A stretch of DNA of 64,000 nt from Diadema antillarum (Eukaryota), in the NCBI RefSeq assembly GCF_040938485.1, contig NW_027270955.1, positions 62,001-126,000 of the forward strand, given 5' to 3'. The translations under genes and the position numbers were made by a program. How positions within the stretch are numbered: position 1 is the first letter of the stretch; each line of letters starts with the position of its first letter. Below, in pieces: positions 49,774-60,400 of this stretch. A model generated the notes under the pieces. The model was not told the DNA's origin and ran no database searches. It saw nothing but the letters and a program-made list of their open reading frames with translations.

Positions 49774-52600
49774 AGGGATGGTCTAGTTTGGTTGAGATAG
49801 GGGGATTCAGGTTTTAACCTTTTGGGAGATAATTAGAAACCATGTATATGGAATATCAAAGGGCATATGATTCTAAGGGCAATTCCGCGGTTAGTAACGT
49901 TACATTTTAAGGACATTCTCATGATTTAGATTAGACTCATTTCTCTCTCTGTGGATGTGAAGTCTCATTAATGTCACCACAGATCATTCTAGTGTAGACC
50001 TAGAACAGAGCAAAGAATGAAATCATTTCATGAATTATTTTAGAAGAAAGGTCTGCTTTTAATGCCGGTTAGTAACGTTACAAAACAAGGACATAAAAAA
50101 TTGATGAGCAACTTTGAACAAAAAGTTTGCTAAAACTGGTATAGCTTGAAATATATCAACACTTATTTTTCATTTCTAGCTTTTAGGGCAATGTCTACCC
50201 CAAATATCCCTTCTCATAATAACTTTGTTTGAAAATTAAGTACAAAAATCATGGTTAGTAACGTTACGGTTAGTAACGTTACGGTTTGTCCAGTGATTAC
50301 AGAATTGTGTGTTAACTCAAATCATTACATGTTTCCCCATGAGAATGCAAAGTTAAAGCTAAAAAACATCAGATAAGACATGAAACTCTTATTTCAATCA
50401 TCAAACTCATGCAGTATAGTACCATTGTACTTGTACATGTTAAAAAAGACTAGAAAAAAAGTTTGCATAAATTACAAATTAAAAAAAAGTACCACTTTTA
50501 AAGGCTAGGTCAAGTGATATCCACAGTTTCATAACTTCGCCAATCACTGTTTATCATGACTCACAGTAATTCACAAAAGCAGCCTGTTTTATTGAGCAAA
50601 ACAGTTAATGTGTTCCTTGAAATCAAGAGTACCTTTAATAAAGGGGAAAGAAATCAAAGAGCAAAAACTAATGTACTGGTATGTAGTATGTACAGTGTAT
50701 GGCCAATTGTGGTGTGCGTAGTCATTGCACAATAGGAATCCAGCATATTGCAATGTTTTATATTATTGTGAAAGTAGTTTAAGTCATACAACATTAACTC
50801 AAATAATACAGTGTATTAGTTGAATTCATGTTTATTCAAGTCTAGAGACATGTATTTTTTTTCTTTTAGACCAGTTTGAATGTCTAATCTCTGCACTGTT
50901 CTGAAAACAAAAGTCTGTTCGCTGTACCTGAAGCGTAATTAACCCCGACAAACCATTGTATGATAATTTCAAACTGGGACAGAAAATTTGAAGCGATGGC
51001 CTCAATTGTTTTTAACACTACTTTCCACACAAAATGCTCTGCTGGCCTACAGATTCCGTCAATTGCCCCTTCCCATGGGAAGTGGTTAAAAAAAAAAAAA
51101 TTGCTCAATGTGCACCTTGTGAGCCTTCTGTAGTGATGCAAATGCTGTAGACCCCCCCCCCAACATTTCCCGCCACGATTCCGCAACGCGCGAAGATTTT
51201 GCCGCATCGTCTCATGAATTTTTTCATTGAAGTCTCCTGCATATTTTGAGACCAAATTTGCGACGTCCAGGTACACCGTTCTGCAGTTATGTAATGTTTT
51301 GCATAAATGCATGTCGACCTGAAAACAGCTCAAATTCATAATATCATGTGCAAATCCAATGCAAATTGTGTTTTTTCGTTAATTTGATATTAATTAGATT
51401 GTTTCAACCTTTGACCAGTGAAATCAATCAATTGTAATGTAGATAAGCTTTGAAAAGTGCCTGCAACACATTTTGGCAAAAAAAAAAACAATAGAAAACA
51501 AAAGGTTAAAAAAACATTAAAATACATAAGAAATTAACAAAACAATAAAAAACAAAAGAAACTGATTTTGATTTTGCTATTTTCTTTGCAAGAAAATTGT
51601 TTGATGTGTCTTGAGGAACTCTTACACAAAAATTTAGCAATCCTTCAGTCTTTTTTATGGAGTTATAGGTGAAAATATGATTTCATACGTAAATTTGCAT
51701 AATTAATTTACTAAAAAAAGAAGCCAATATCTTTTTACTGTATGACCACGTAATCTCGTAGTTGACATCTGACTCTATCATCAGGCAAAATTTTGCCAGA
51801 CCAGGACCTGTCCATTGGAGTCTTATTCACTTATTTCATGGTTAGTAATGTTACAATACACACAGGCTGTGGTTAGTAACGTTACGTGGTTAGTAACGTT
51901 ACACATTTTGACTGCTGTTATTTCTAACTTCTATAATGATTAGTAATACTTATTTTTATATTTCAGTTAGTCATTGGACACAGCAGGAAAAATTGAAATA
52001 TTATCATTCATAGACACTTTATACTCTCTGGAGGTAAATAATTTTACTTTTTGGTTAGTAACGTTACATGACTGTCCAATGGTTGGGGAAATGCACACAT
52101 GTTTGCATTTCGAAGACATGTAAGTTGATTTTACTTAATCTATCCATGAAAGCACTGCATTGCCTCTGTGAATTCAATATTTGTGGCTAGAAAATGGCAT
52201 TTAACTTGACTAGCTATCTTCTTTGCTATTATGGAGATTTTGCTGATGAAATTCAATCCGAAAGATTACTTGTTCAAAATTGGTGAATTCAATACCTAAA
52301 ACTATCAAGATACCCTGAAAAATAGTTTTTCCTGAATTATCAATGTGTTCTTTCTGAAGTCAAACACAAAAATCAAGGAAAAAACCAAATTGAAATTTTA
52401 TGGTCATGTCCCTCTAACTGCAGAATTGCCCCTAAGAAGTATGTATAGTTTATTAAGATGAAAATCAGTTGTGAAATGGCTTGGATATCCAAAAACAAAG
52501 AGGTCCTAAGAAAGGTGGGATAGATCTACCTTTTATCAGGACAACTTTGTTTACTTTGTTTTTGGCTGTCTCCAAATCTTGAATCTGAAATTGGTCACAA
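49774..52600. mobile_element. K2 MITE split by a 2.55-kb insertion (host parts 49774-49876 and 52432-~52600)
   Basis: TTAA|AGGGATGGTC...GCATATGATT-CTAA [insert] CTAA-GAAG...GAAATGGCTTGGATATCCAAAAAC rejoins into the K2 sequence seen at 3940-4010. Confidence 0.85.
49877..52431. mobile_element. 2,555-bp non-autonomous Kolobok-like element with 8 copies of GGTTAGTAACGTTAC
   Basis: CTAA|GGGCAATTCCGCGGTTAG ... CTAACTGCAGAATTGCCC|CTAA. No recognisable transposase; contains an unrelated repeat at ~51150-51720. Confidence 0.85.
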
Positions 52601-52630
52601 TTCCCAATCATTGCCCGTTATCTACTGTAG

Positions 52631-52865
52631 GCAAATGTCCTGACTGACGATGCCGGGCTCTCCCTGGCTGCCCTCGCCAAGAAACTTCAGCTCAACCACA
52701 ACGCCCGGCTGGTGGCCGTACTCGGGAGCCAGGACGGCCAGCACAAGCTGAAGGTCATCCAGGGACGCCCGTTTCTCTGCGTACTCTGCGGGGAGAGCTT
52801 TACCCAGGTGGAACCACTCCGGCAGCACGCCCAGACTGAGCACGGCTACCAGGAGCACCTGGCTG
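52631..52865 (+). CDS. ZNF-B exon with the isolated N-terminal C2H2 finger
   Basis: Acceptor CTGTAG|GCA, phase 0. ANVLTDDAG...KLKVIQGRPFLCVLCGESFTQVEPLRQHAQTEHGYQEHLA. Donor G|GTGAGC, phase 1. Confidence 0.85.
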
Positions 52866-52952
52866 GTGAGCATTGTGGGGAAACTCTTGGCTAGAGAAAC
52901 ATCCAAACAGACAGACAAATTATGCATTGCTGTGTGTTTGTCTGCTTATTAA

Positions 52953-53037
52953 CCTATTGAGGACGAGTCCTTAGTATACTCGGGCAGGTGCCTATGGGAT
53001 ATGCGTGCTGTAGCAAAATCAGTCCATCCTCAACGTG
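52953..53037. mobile_element. 85-bp piggyBac-like MITE
   Basis: TTAA|CCTATTGAGGACG ... CATCCTCAACGTG|TTAA; sister copy of identical length at 62386-62470. Confidence 0.75.
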
Positions 53038-53041
53038 TTAA

Positions 53042-54255
53042 ATGACAAGTCCACCTTCATATACACAAAGATTCAGTGAATGCAGCAGTATTTAGTAGAA
53101 CACATCATGGAAAGTTTGAGGAATATCAGACAATCCATTCCAAATTTATGAATTGTTATAGTTTCTACACAGTCATTGCTAGATGAAAAGACTACTACAG
53201 TGTGTGATGTCATATGCATAGAACGACATAAGGAAAATATAAAGAGAATTCCACAAAAGTTCATTTAAAAAAAAAGTACACATTCCCTTGACTGGCTACT
53301 GACATATGTTAAGGGCAATATTATCCCCCCTGCCTTCCGAAAGAGGCAAGTCAAGCGCTCTATTCTTATGCGAGAAAGGTGAAAATATGTTGAATCTTCT
53401 TTAAACCTTCCTAAAGGGCCGGTCACACTGCCCAAAAGTTGCTTAAACACATGAATCACGCAAAAAAATTTGATTGTGCGTGCTTGTTCGTTGAGAATTT
53501 TTGCTTATTTACGCGATTAAAATCACAGATGAATTTGCGCAAGAACTACAGAAAGATCACGCAAAATCACTTCCAAACCACGCATTTTCAGCGCATAGGC
53601 ACGCCAAGGCCCCAAACAGGGCAAATACAAGTATGTGGTTGGGCGCGATGACTTGAGGTCCACGGAAAACCACTCATAATCTGCGCATTATCACTAATGA
53701 ACTGAGTATGAATCGCACATTATTCACACATGAATGCGATAGTGACAACATTTTCGCGAACGATCACTGATATACTATGCATATTTCGCGCATTGTTTGC
53801 GTAAGAACTACGCAAACTACCGGTACGCAAAAATTACGTAAAACAGCACAATACTGCATAAACTTTTACGCAAAGCCGAGTTTTGAGCTGCTCAAAACGT
53901 GGAATCACGCAAAGCGCCGATCCGCCGCACATCGGCGGACAACTACGAAGATTCCACGTCAGAAAAACTCATGAAATGCGCAATTCGCGCATGTATCGCG
54001 TAAGCCTCGAATTTCTTACGTGATTCATGCGTTTACGCGACTTTTGGGCAGTGTGACCGGGCCTTTATATCGTTCTACACAGGTGACATTAGAAGCTGTA
54101 GTAGTCGTTTCATCCAGTGATGGCGGCACTGAAACTTCAAAAATTCATAACTTTTGAATGGATTGTCTAATTTTTCTTGAACTTTCACAGATGTGTTCTG
54201 CTGATATTCCTGCATTTTCTCAATCCTTATGTATATGAAGGTCGACTTTAATCCT
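53042..54255. mobile_element. K1 MITE split by a Harbinger-like insertion
   Basis: TTAA|ATGACAAGTCCACC ... TATGAAGGTCGACTTTAATCCT|TTAA; the K1 sequence resumes after 54064. Confidence 0.85.
53415..54064. mobile_element. 650-bp Harbinger-like MITE nested in K1
   Basis: AGGGCCGGTCACACTGCCCAAAAGT ... ACTTTTGGGCAGTGTGACCGGGCCT, flanked by TAA/TTA; CGCA/TGCG-rich interior. Confidence 0.8.
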
Positions 54256-54982
54256 TTAAAGCCGTAGATTGACACCACAATTCTGTTTTTTCTCTCCCCT
54301 CTTTCTCAGGAGTCCGGACTATATCATTTTTCTCTTCAGCATTCTCAGCATTTAAGGAATCACTGTAGAGATTATCATGTTCGATTTAACTTCTGATCTC
54401 TCAGGATTTCTACAGTATGTCAGAATCTTTTTTCCTGGAGTAGTGATTGGAAGGGAAAAATGTTGGGGTTGTGTTAGAGTATTTTGACATGACATAATTA
54501 TGTAAATTCCATGGGAATAGATAATAATATTGATGATATTTCCAGCATCCATTGCACACATGATTAGAATAGATTCAATTTTGTTTATTTGAACAAATAA
54601 GAGAGGTAATAATTCAGTTCTTCAGTAAAATGCATTCATGTTAGTATGCAAGCGACCAGAGAAATCTGTCTATTGATGCAAATGTGGACTTCACCGAAGT
54701 AAACAAAATGAAATGAGAAAAGAACAAATAAGAACTTTTCTTACCATCAACTTCAGTGATTTGTTAATTTATATAATGATGTACACAAAATTCGGTTCCT
54801 GTAGTCAGTTATTTGTGCATCCACTTGCTTTTAATATCTGCCAGCATGAACACTAATTTCAATGCACAAAAAATGTGGAAATGACACATGCCATGATATA
54901 TTTCCTGGACAGTTAAAAGAGTCTGTGAAGGAGCTCTATAATGAATGCATTTTTGCATTGCTTGTTTGGTGTTTGCCAACAG

Positions 54983-57486
54983 GACGAAATCACGGCGTTG
55001 AAACTCTCCTGGACCAGCACAATGTCTTTGCCGCACAAGTCGCACTAAACACCCCAGAGCACAAGTTCCTGAACGGCGATGCAGGGGGCAGCCATTCACT
55101 GCTAGAAATTGGCTGCAACAGTATAGGCAGTGGATTTAAAGTGAAGGAGGAAGTATCCCTGGACTATTCGTCCTGCGACGGCAATGCAGACAAACCTCTA
55201 GAATCTATCTACTGTCCAAGCGATGGGGAGCTTGAAGACGAGAACGGCGATGCCGATTGCCATGTCTGCCAGTGGTGTCGGAAGAGATTTGTCAGTCAAG
55301 AAAAACTCCTCCTGCACGAGGTCCGTCACTGTGGCAAAGAGACCCACAAGTGTTCCTCCTGCCGAGTGGCATACGCGCCAAGTTCAAAGCCTACAGAGCC
55401 AGCGCCCAGTTACCTGAACCTCGACCAGCAGCGTGTGGTATCGACAGCTAGCTCCACGGCATTGGGGGGAAATGCACAGAGTGGGGAAGGGCCGTCCAGC
55501 AACGATAGCAGGGAGGAGCAACCTGTAGATGAAGCCTGCGTGCTGGAAGATGGCCATGGAATTGACTGCATCATGTGTGGTGAGACCTTTGGGGTTCTGC
55601 AGCACATGCTGACCCACATCCACTCCTACACCTCATTCCCCTGCACCTTCTGCACCAGCGAGTTCCCGACCATGCGGGAGCTTGGGTGGCACTGCAAGCA
55701 GAAGCATGACCTGCTGCTGGTGCGCTGCCCGTTCTGTTCCAGGGGATTTCGGGAGTACTCCCACCTCGCCTTCCACATGCGGGAGCACAAGGGCCACATG
55801 GTGTGCAGAATCTGCAAGGCCCAGTGCCTCTCCCAATCCAGTTTTGCCGCTCATGCAGAGTACCACATGAGGGTGGAGGGTGAAGACAGCCTGAGTGATG
55901 CAGATCCGGAGAGACAGGCGGACCAGATGCAGGATTTTGAAGAGGAAGTTCCACGCAAAGAGAAAGATAAGCAAGTCTGCCATGTATGCGGAAAACCCTT
56001 GAATTCCTTCTACTCACTCTTCCACCACATGCGGAAGGAGCACCCCATGGATTCCCTACCAGCATACAATGAGGACCTCATCAGGCGCCGCTTCCTCTGT
56101 AAAATCTGCGGCTTCCGCTTCCGGCGGAAGGACACCCTGGAGAGGCACGAGCAGGTGCACAAGAGAGGGGAGTACTCCCGCAGGAAATCCGCCCCACCAA
56201 GGCCCATGATGATGCCCCGCCAAGGGGACATCCTCTGCAAGATCTGTGGTAGAGCCTTCCTGCGCCTGTCCAACCTTGAGGCCCACATGGAGCAGGCACA
56301 CCCTGGAGAATGCGATGAAGCCACGAAGGCGAGGAAGAAGTTCTGCTGCGACATCTGCGGGAAGCTCCTCATGAGCCAGAAGTCTCTGGACCGGCACATT
56401 ATAGTCCACCAGGAGCCCAAGTACTCGTGCCCTATCTGCGATAAGAAGCTGAAGCACCAGGAAACGCTCAAGACACACATGAGGACTCACACAGGAGAGA
56501 AGCCGTTTTCCTGTGACGTGTGCCACCAGTCGTTTGCTCAGAGGTCCACCTACATTCAGCACATGTGCATCCACACCGGGGAGAGGGTGCACCAATGTGA
56601 CGTTTGTGACAAGAAATTCATGCGGAAGCCCGAGCTGCGACTGCACCAGGCCAAGCACAGCTGCATGCGACTTTTCTCCTGCAACTTCTGCAACAAGACC
56701 TTCAAGACTGAGAAACACCGCAAGGTCCACGAGACACAACTCCACTCGGCGAATGCGCAGTCCTACATGTGTGACAAGTGTGGGAAGTCATTCACATGGG
56801 CTTCAGGACTCAAGGCTCATGTCTGCAGCCACGTGGGGGATGCCCCGTACAAGTGCCAGGAATGCAACAAGTCGTTCTCACAGCAGATCTTCCTCAAGCG
56901 CCACATGCATGTCCACACCAAGCCTTTCAAGTGCGACCAGTGCTACGAGGGCTTCAAGACCAAGATGGAACTGAGAAGCCACCTGTCCCAAGTCCATGGG
57001 GCCATCCCAGAACAACTGGCCCATCTAGGCATGGACCAAGCCCAGGACCCGATGTCTGAGCAGGACTGGAAGCCTAACAAAGTGATGATGGACATGGGGC
57101 TCGATCCTAACGTTCCCTTGTCCGCCCAGCTCTCTGGTCCGCAGCAGAACCAAATCCAAGTCCCAACTCATGGCCCATCGCACGGGCCACCGCATGGACC
57201 ACTGCACGGACCACCTCACGGGCCACCGCATGGACCAATGCAAGCCCAGCCTCATGGGCAAGTCCAGGTCCAGACTCATGGCCCCCCTCATGGCCCCCCT
57301 CATGGCCCACCCCACAGCCAAGTGCACGTCCCACTTCAAGGACCGATTTCAGGTCCACCGCTTCCCCCATTCCTTCCTGATCCAATGGTCCACGATAGGG
57401 GTATGTACGGAAACCCACAATACTCGGTCCAGGACTCTGGCAACCAGGCAATAGCAGCCATGCTCACACAGATGTCCACGTTGTGA
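54983..57486 (+). CDS. C2H2 zinc-finger protein ZNF-B, terminal exon (about 16 fingers; full protein ~922 aa)
   Basis: Acceptor GCCAACAG|GA in phase 1 matches the previous donor. Uninterrupted 2.5-kb frame with TGEKPF/TGERVH linkers; TGA at 57484-57486; AATAAA near 57568. Confidence 0.93.
57169..57318 (+). repeat. coding 12-bp repeat encoding His-Gly-Pro-(Pro/Ser/Leu/Met)
   Basis: HGPSHGPPHGPLHGPPHGPPHGPMQAQPHGQVQVQTHGPPHGPPHGPPHS, with varied synonymous codons. Confidence 0.9.
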
Positions 57487-60400
57487 GATGTATTTATTCC
57501 CGAGCTTCCTCCTGTAGACTTGACATTGGCCCATAACCAAAATAGATTTTTCGAACGTTTTAAGTATCAATAAAGGCATTTGATAATTCTTCCAGGAAGA
57601 AAAAGTATGGCACAGGATGATATGCTAACCACTCCTTAGCAATATCATCAATTTTTATAATTTTTTTCTCCATTTGTGTCAAGCTTTTGGAAGCACATAT
57701 CATTCCTATCAGGTAGATAGATATTTGTAAATTCAAAGGATTTTTTTTTTTTACTCTTGTGTTTCCTCCATGATTTTGTGCTTCTCCAAAGAGGGAAGGG
57801 AGTGGAATGGAAAGGGAGGGAGTTTGAATTCAGATATCAATATATTTTTTTGCCCCTCACTTTATATACGTTATGCACTTTATATTGTTAAACACTCCAC
57901 ACACCCGTGGTCAATTGTCGTGCATATAATCTCCGGGGACGATGAAAATGATGTTCCTCTGCAGTTGAATGAAGCTCAACATTGCCTTTTGAATTACCAC
58001 ACCAAGGATTATTTCATTGCCTGTTTTGGAAAACGACAACTCATCGCGAGAGGGTGCGCTGTCGCCGTGCATCTCACCGTCAAGACGTTTGTATTTTTTA
58101 TGTTGTGACATTTTGATACATATATATTTTGAGAATTTTGATGACTGTGAATACCTAATGATGTAAGATAGTAAATTTGCCTGTTAAACAGAATTGCATG
58201 CTTCTAATGTCTATTTAACTATTGACTATCAATGTATATTTGTTGCCGATTAATTGTGACCGATGTAGTTTGAAGAGATGCAGCAGTAGAAACTAACGAT
58301 AGAATCGTGTAACAATTAATTTAGATCAGATTTGTATTTGGAGGAGAGAATATTTTGCTATTTCAACAATTCAGATAGTGGTAATCATGCACTAAATCTC
58401 GAGCATATTTTAATGTGTAATGTAAATTGTACATATTGAAATTTCATTTCAGTGTTTAATGGACATACTTTTCTTCCTCTTTTTTTTTTTTTTTTAAATG
58501 TGAAGTAAGCCAGTAAATAGCAGCTCAGGTAGCTCATGTAGACCGTGAATCATGAACGTTTTATTCAATGTTCTTTTGTATGCCGCTACAGTCAAAACGC
58601 ACCAGAAGTATTACGTCTGTGTAGTTATCGTCTACTGGTATGGGTTGTCGCTTCTATATGTGTTCGTGTTCGTCTGAAGGAGAGGACACTTTAAGATTGT
58701 ACAAAGAGCTGTTCTGTACATATGAAAATGATGTGTACATATTGTAGGGTCGTATGGAATGAATGTTATTGTAGTGAAGGCTGGTAGTTTTATGAAGAAT
58801 AAGTTAGAGAAGTATTAGCAGGAAGAAGTTTTGTGTGTATGTGGACAACATCTCATGAGTTGATGATTAGCATTTTTGATGTAGGTGTTTAAGTTCTCTT
58901 CACGACAAAAAAGAAAAAAGAAAAAGAGATAGAAAATGATAGATAAAGTAGAAAAAGCAAGTAAGAAAATCACTCTGCAGAGTCCTAACAACTTACTTCC
59001 CTACTTAGAGTGACATTCTGATTCAAATTGGGCTCTCAGTTTAAGATTTGCATAATCGTATTCAGTTATGGAGTACTTATTCTTCTTTGTATTCAACCCC
59101 GAAAACAGGAGAGCATTTGGAGAAAAACTAATGAGAATTCAGCAAGCAGAGGTTACCATAGATATGCTGCAGTACCTGCCGTATGTGCGTAGTGATACAC
59201 AACTGTAGTTGGGAGTTATGCATGCAAAGGAACACTGCTTATTGCATGCAGCTAGTATTATATCTGCTAATGACCAAGTGTAGTCATGGGGACTCATTAG
59301 TTATTTTTTTTTTGTACAATTACTCAGGGAGTCTCTAGTAGCCAAAAGCAACGTCCAAATTCACCACAAATCCAAAACAAAAATGATATATGATCTGACC
59401 GAAACCATGTGTATTGGATTTCGAAACATTTTTTTTTTGTGTTGCTTTGTTTTGCTTTGTTTTCTTTCAAAGTAGACACAGTTCATGGCAGGCGCTGAAT
59501 TATATTTTTTGAAAATGGAATTTGATGAATTCATCCCTTCTCATCATAAGATGCTGGGCTGGGTATGAAGTGGAATGTAAAGTGTGATATTTCACGAAAT
59601 ACACTTTCCAACCCTTTTCATTCCTTTCACCCACGTAGAAAGGGTGAAATATTCCTGCAGACTTTAATCTTGTGCTCTTGGCAACTCTAAACTTATTATA
59701 GATATCTGTACCCCAGATTGGAGAAAAGTGAGATGGACTTGTTCAGTTTATCGAATCTGCACTAAATCAGGAAAAGTTAGGAAAACTTTGCCATTTTGAG
59801 AAAGAAACGGGAGCTTTACACTTTGAGAATGTGTTGCCAATTTCAGAATCAAGAAATTTAAGGAGCAGTTATGAAGCTTTTTAGAATTGTGCAACCAAAA
59901 ACATTCATATATATTAACAATGAAGTGCTCAAGCAAAAAGGAACATTTTACTCTACCTCATAAATGTCTAACAATGAAGAGCAAAAAGTGTAATGATATA
60001 ATACAGCACCAAACCTCAGAAATTTTGGTTTCGTGGAGTTAACTGATTGGACACTGAAACATAAAATGGGAGTTTCCTTTTATTTATTTTAGAATTTTTT
60101 ATCATTTCGCTTTTCCTGATGTTAAACAGGCTGCAGAAAAATGTCTGCCTGTGGTCACCAAAGATACTATTTCAGCATCCGTTTTTGCAGCAAAGCCAAG
60201 GATTTAGTGTTACGTGTAGCAATTTAGCCAATATTGGTCATGGGTTTCTTTTTCAGATGTGTCCCCCCCCCCCCCCCCCCCCCCCAAGAAGAAAAAAAAA
60301 ATGAATGAAAAAAATTGAAAGCTTTTTTGTATAGATATGTCTCCACAGATGTGAGTAGTTTGGGAAAATTTATTTGAAGGGTTTTAAATATTCATGTTCC

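Noticed and set aside
50884-51339. 151-aa ORF inside the 2.55-kb element as a possible transposase
   Set aside because: It crosses poly-A and poly-C runs into the nested repeat, with no DDE, THAP or zinc-finger signature.
49889-52067. CRISPR-like reading of the repeated 15-mer (and of the array at 12485-12811)
   Set aside because: Eukaryotic context, irregular spacing, no unique equal-length spacers and no cas genes; the repeats lie inside TIR elements.
31020-53041. K1 MITE lies exactly 173 bp after the single-finger exon in both paralogs, suggesting an ancestral shared insertion
   Set aside because: In ZNF-B that distance includes an 85-bp MITE absent from ZNF-A, and the intervening DNA does not align. 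The genes are far more diverged than the K1 copies, so this is most likely coincidence.
54862-54982. ORF-track N-terminal extensions of ZNF-B (54862) and ZNF-A (30460)
   Set aside because: These lie upstream of clear splice acceptors and are intronic read-through of the open frame.
55223-57579. Many 60-230-aa ORFs overlapping ZNF-B (and likewise ZNF-A and TLCD5 exons)
   Set aside because: They are antisense or off-frame shadows of GC-rich coding sequence.
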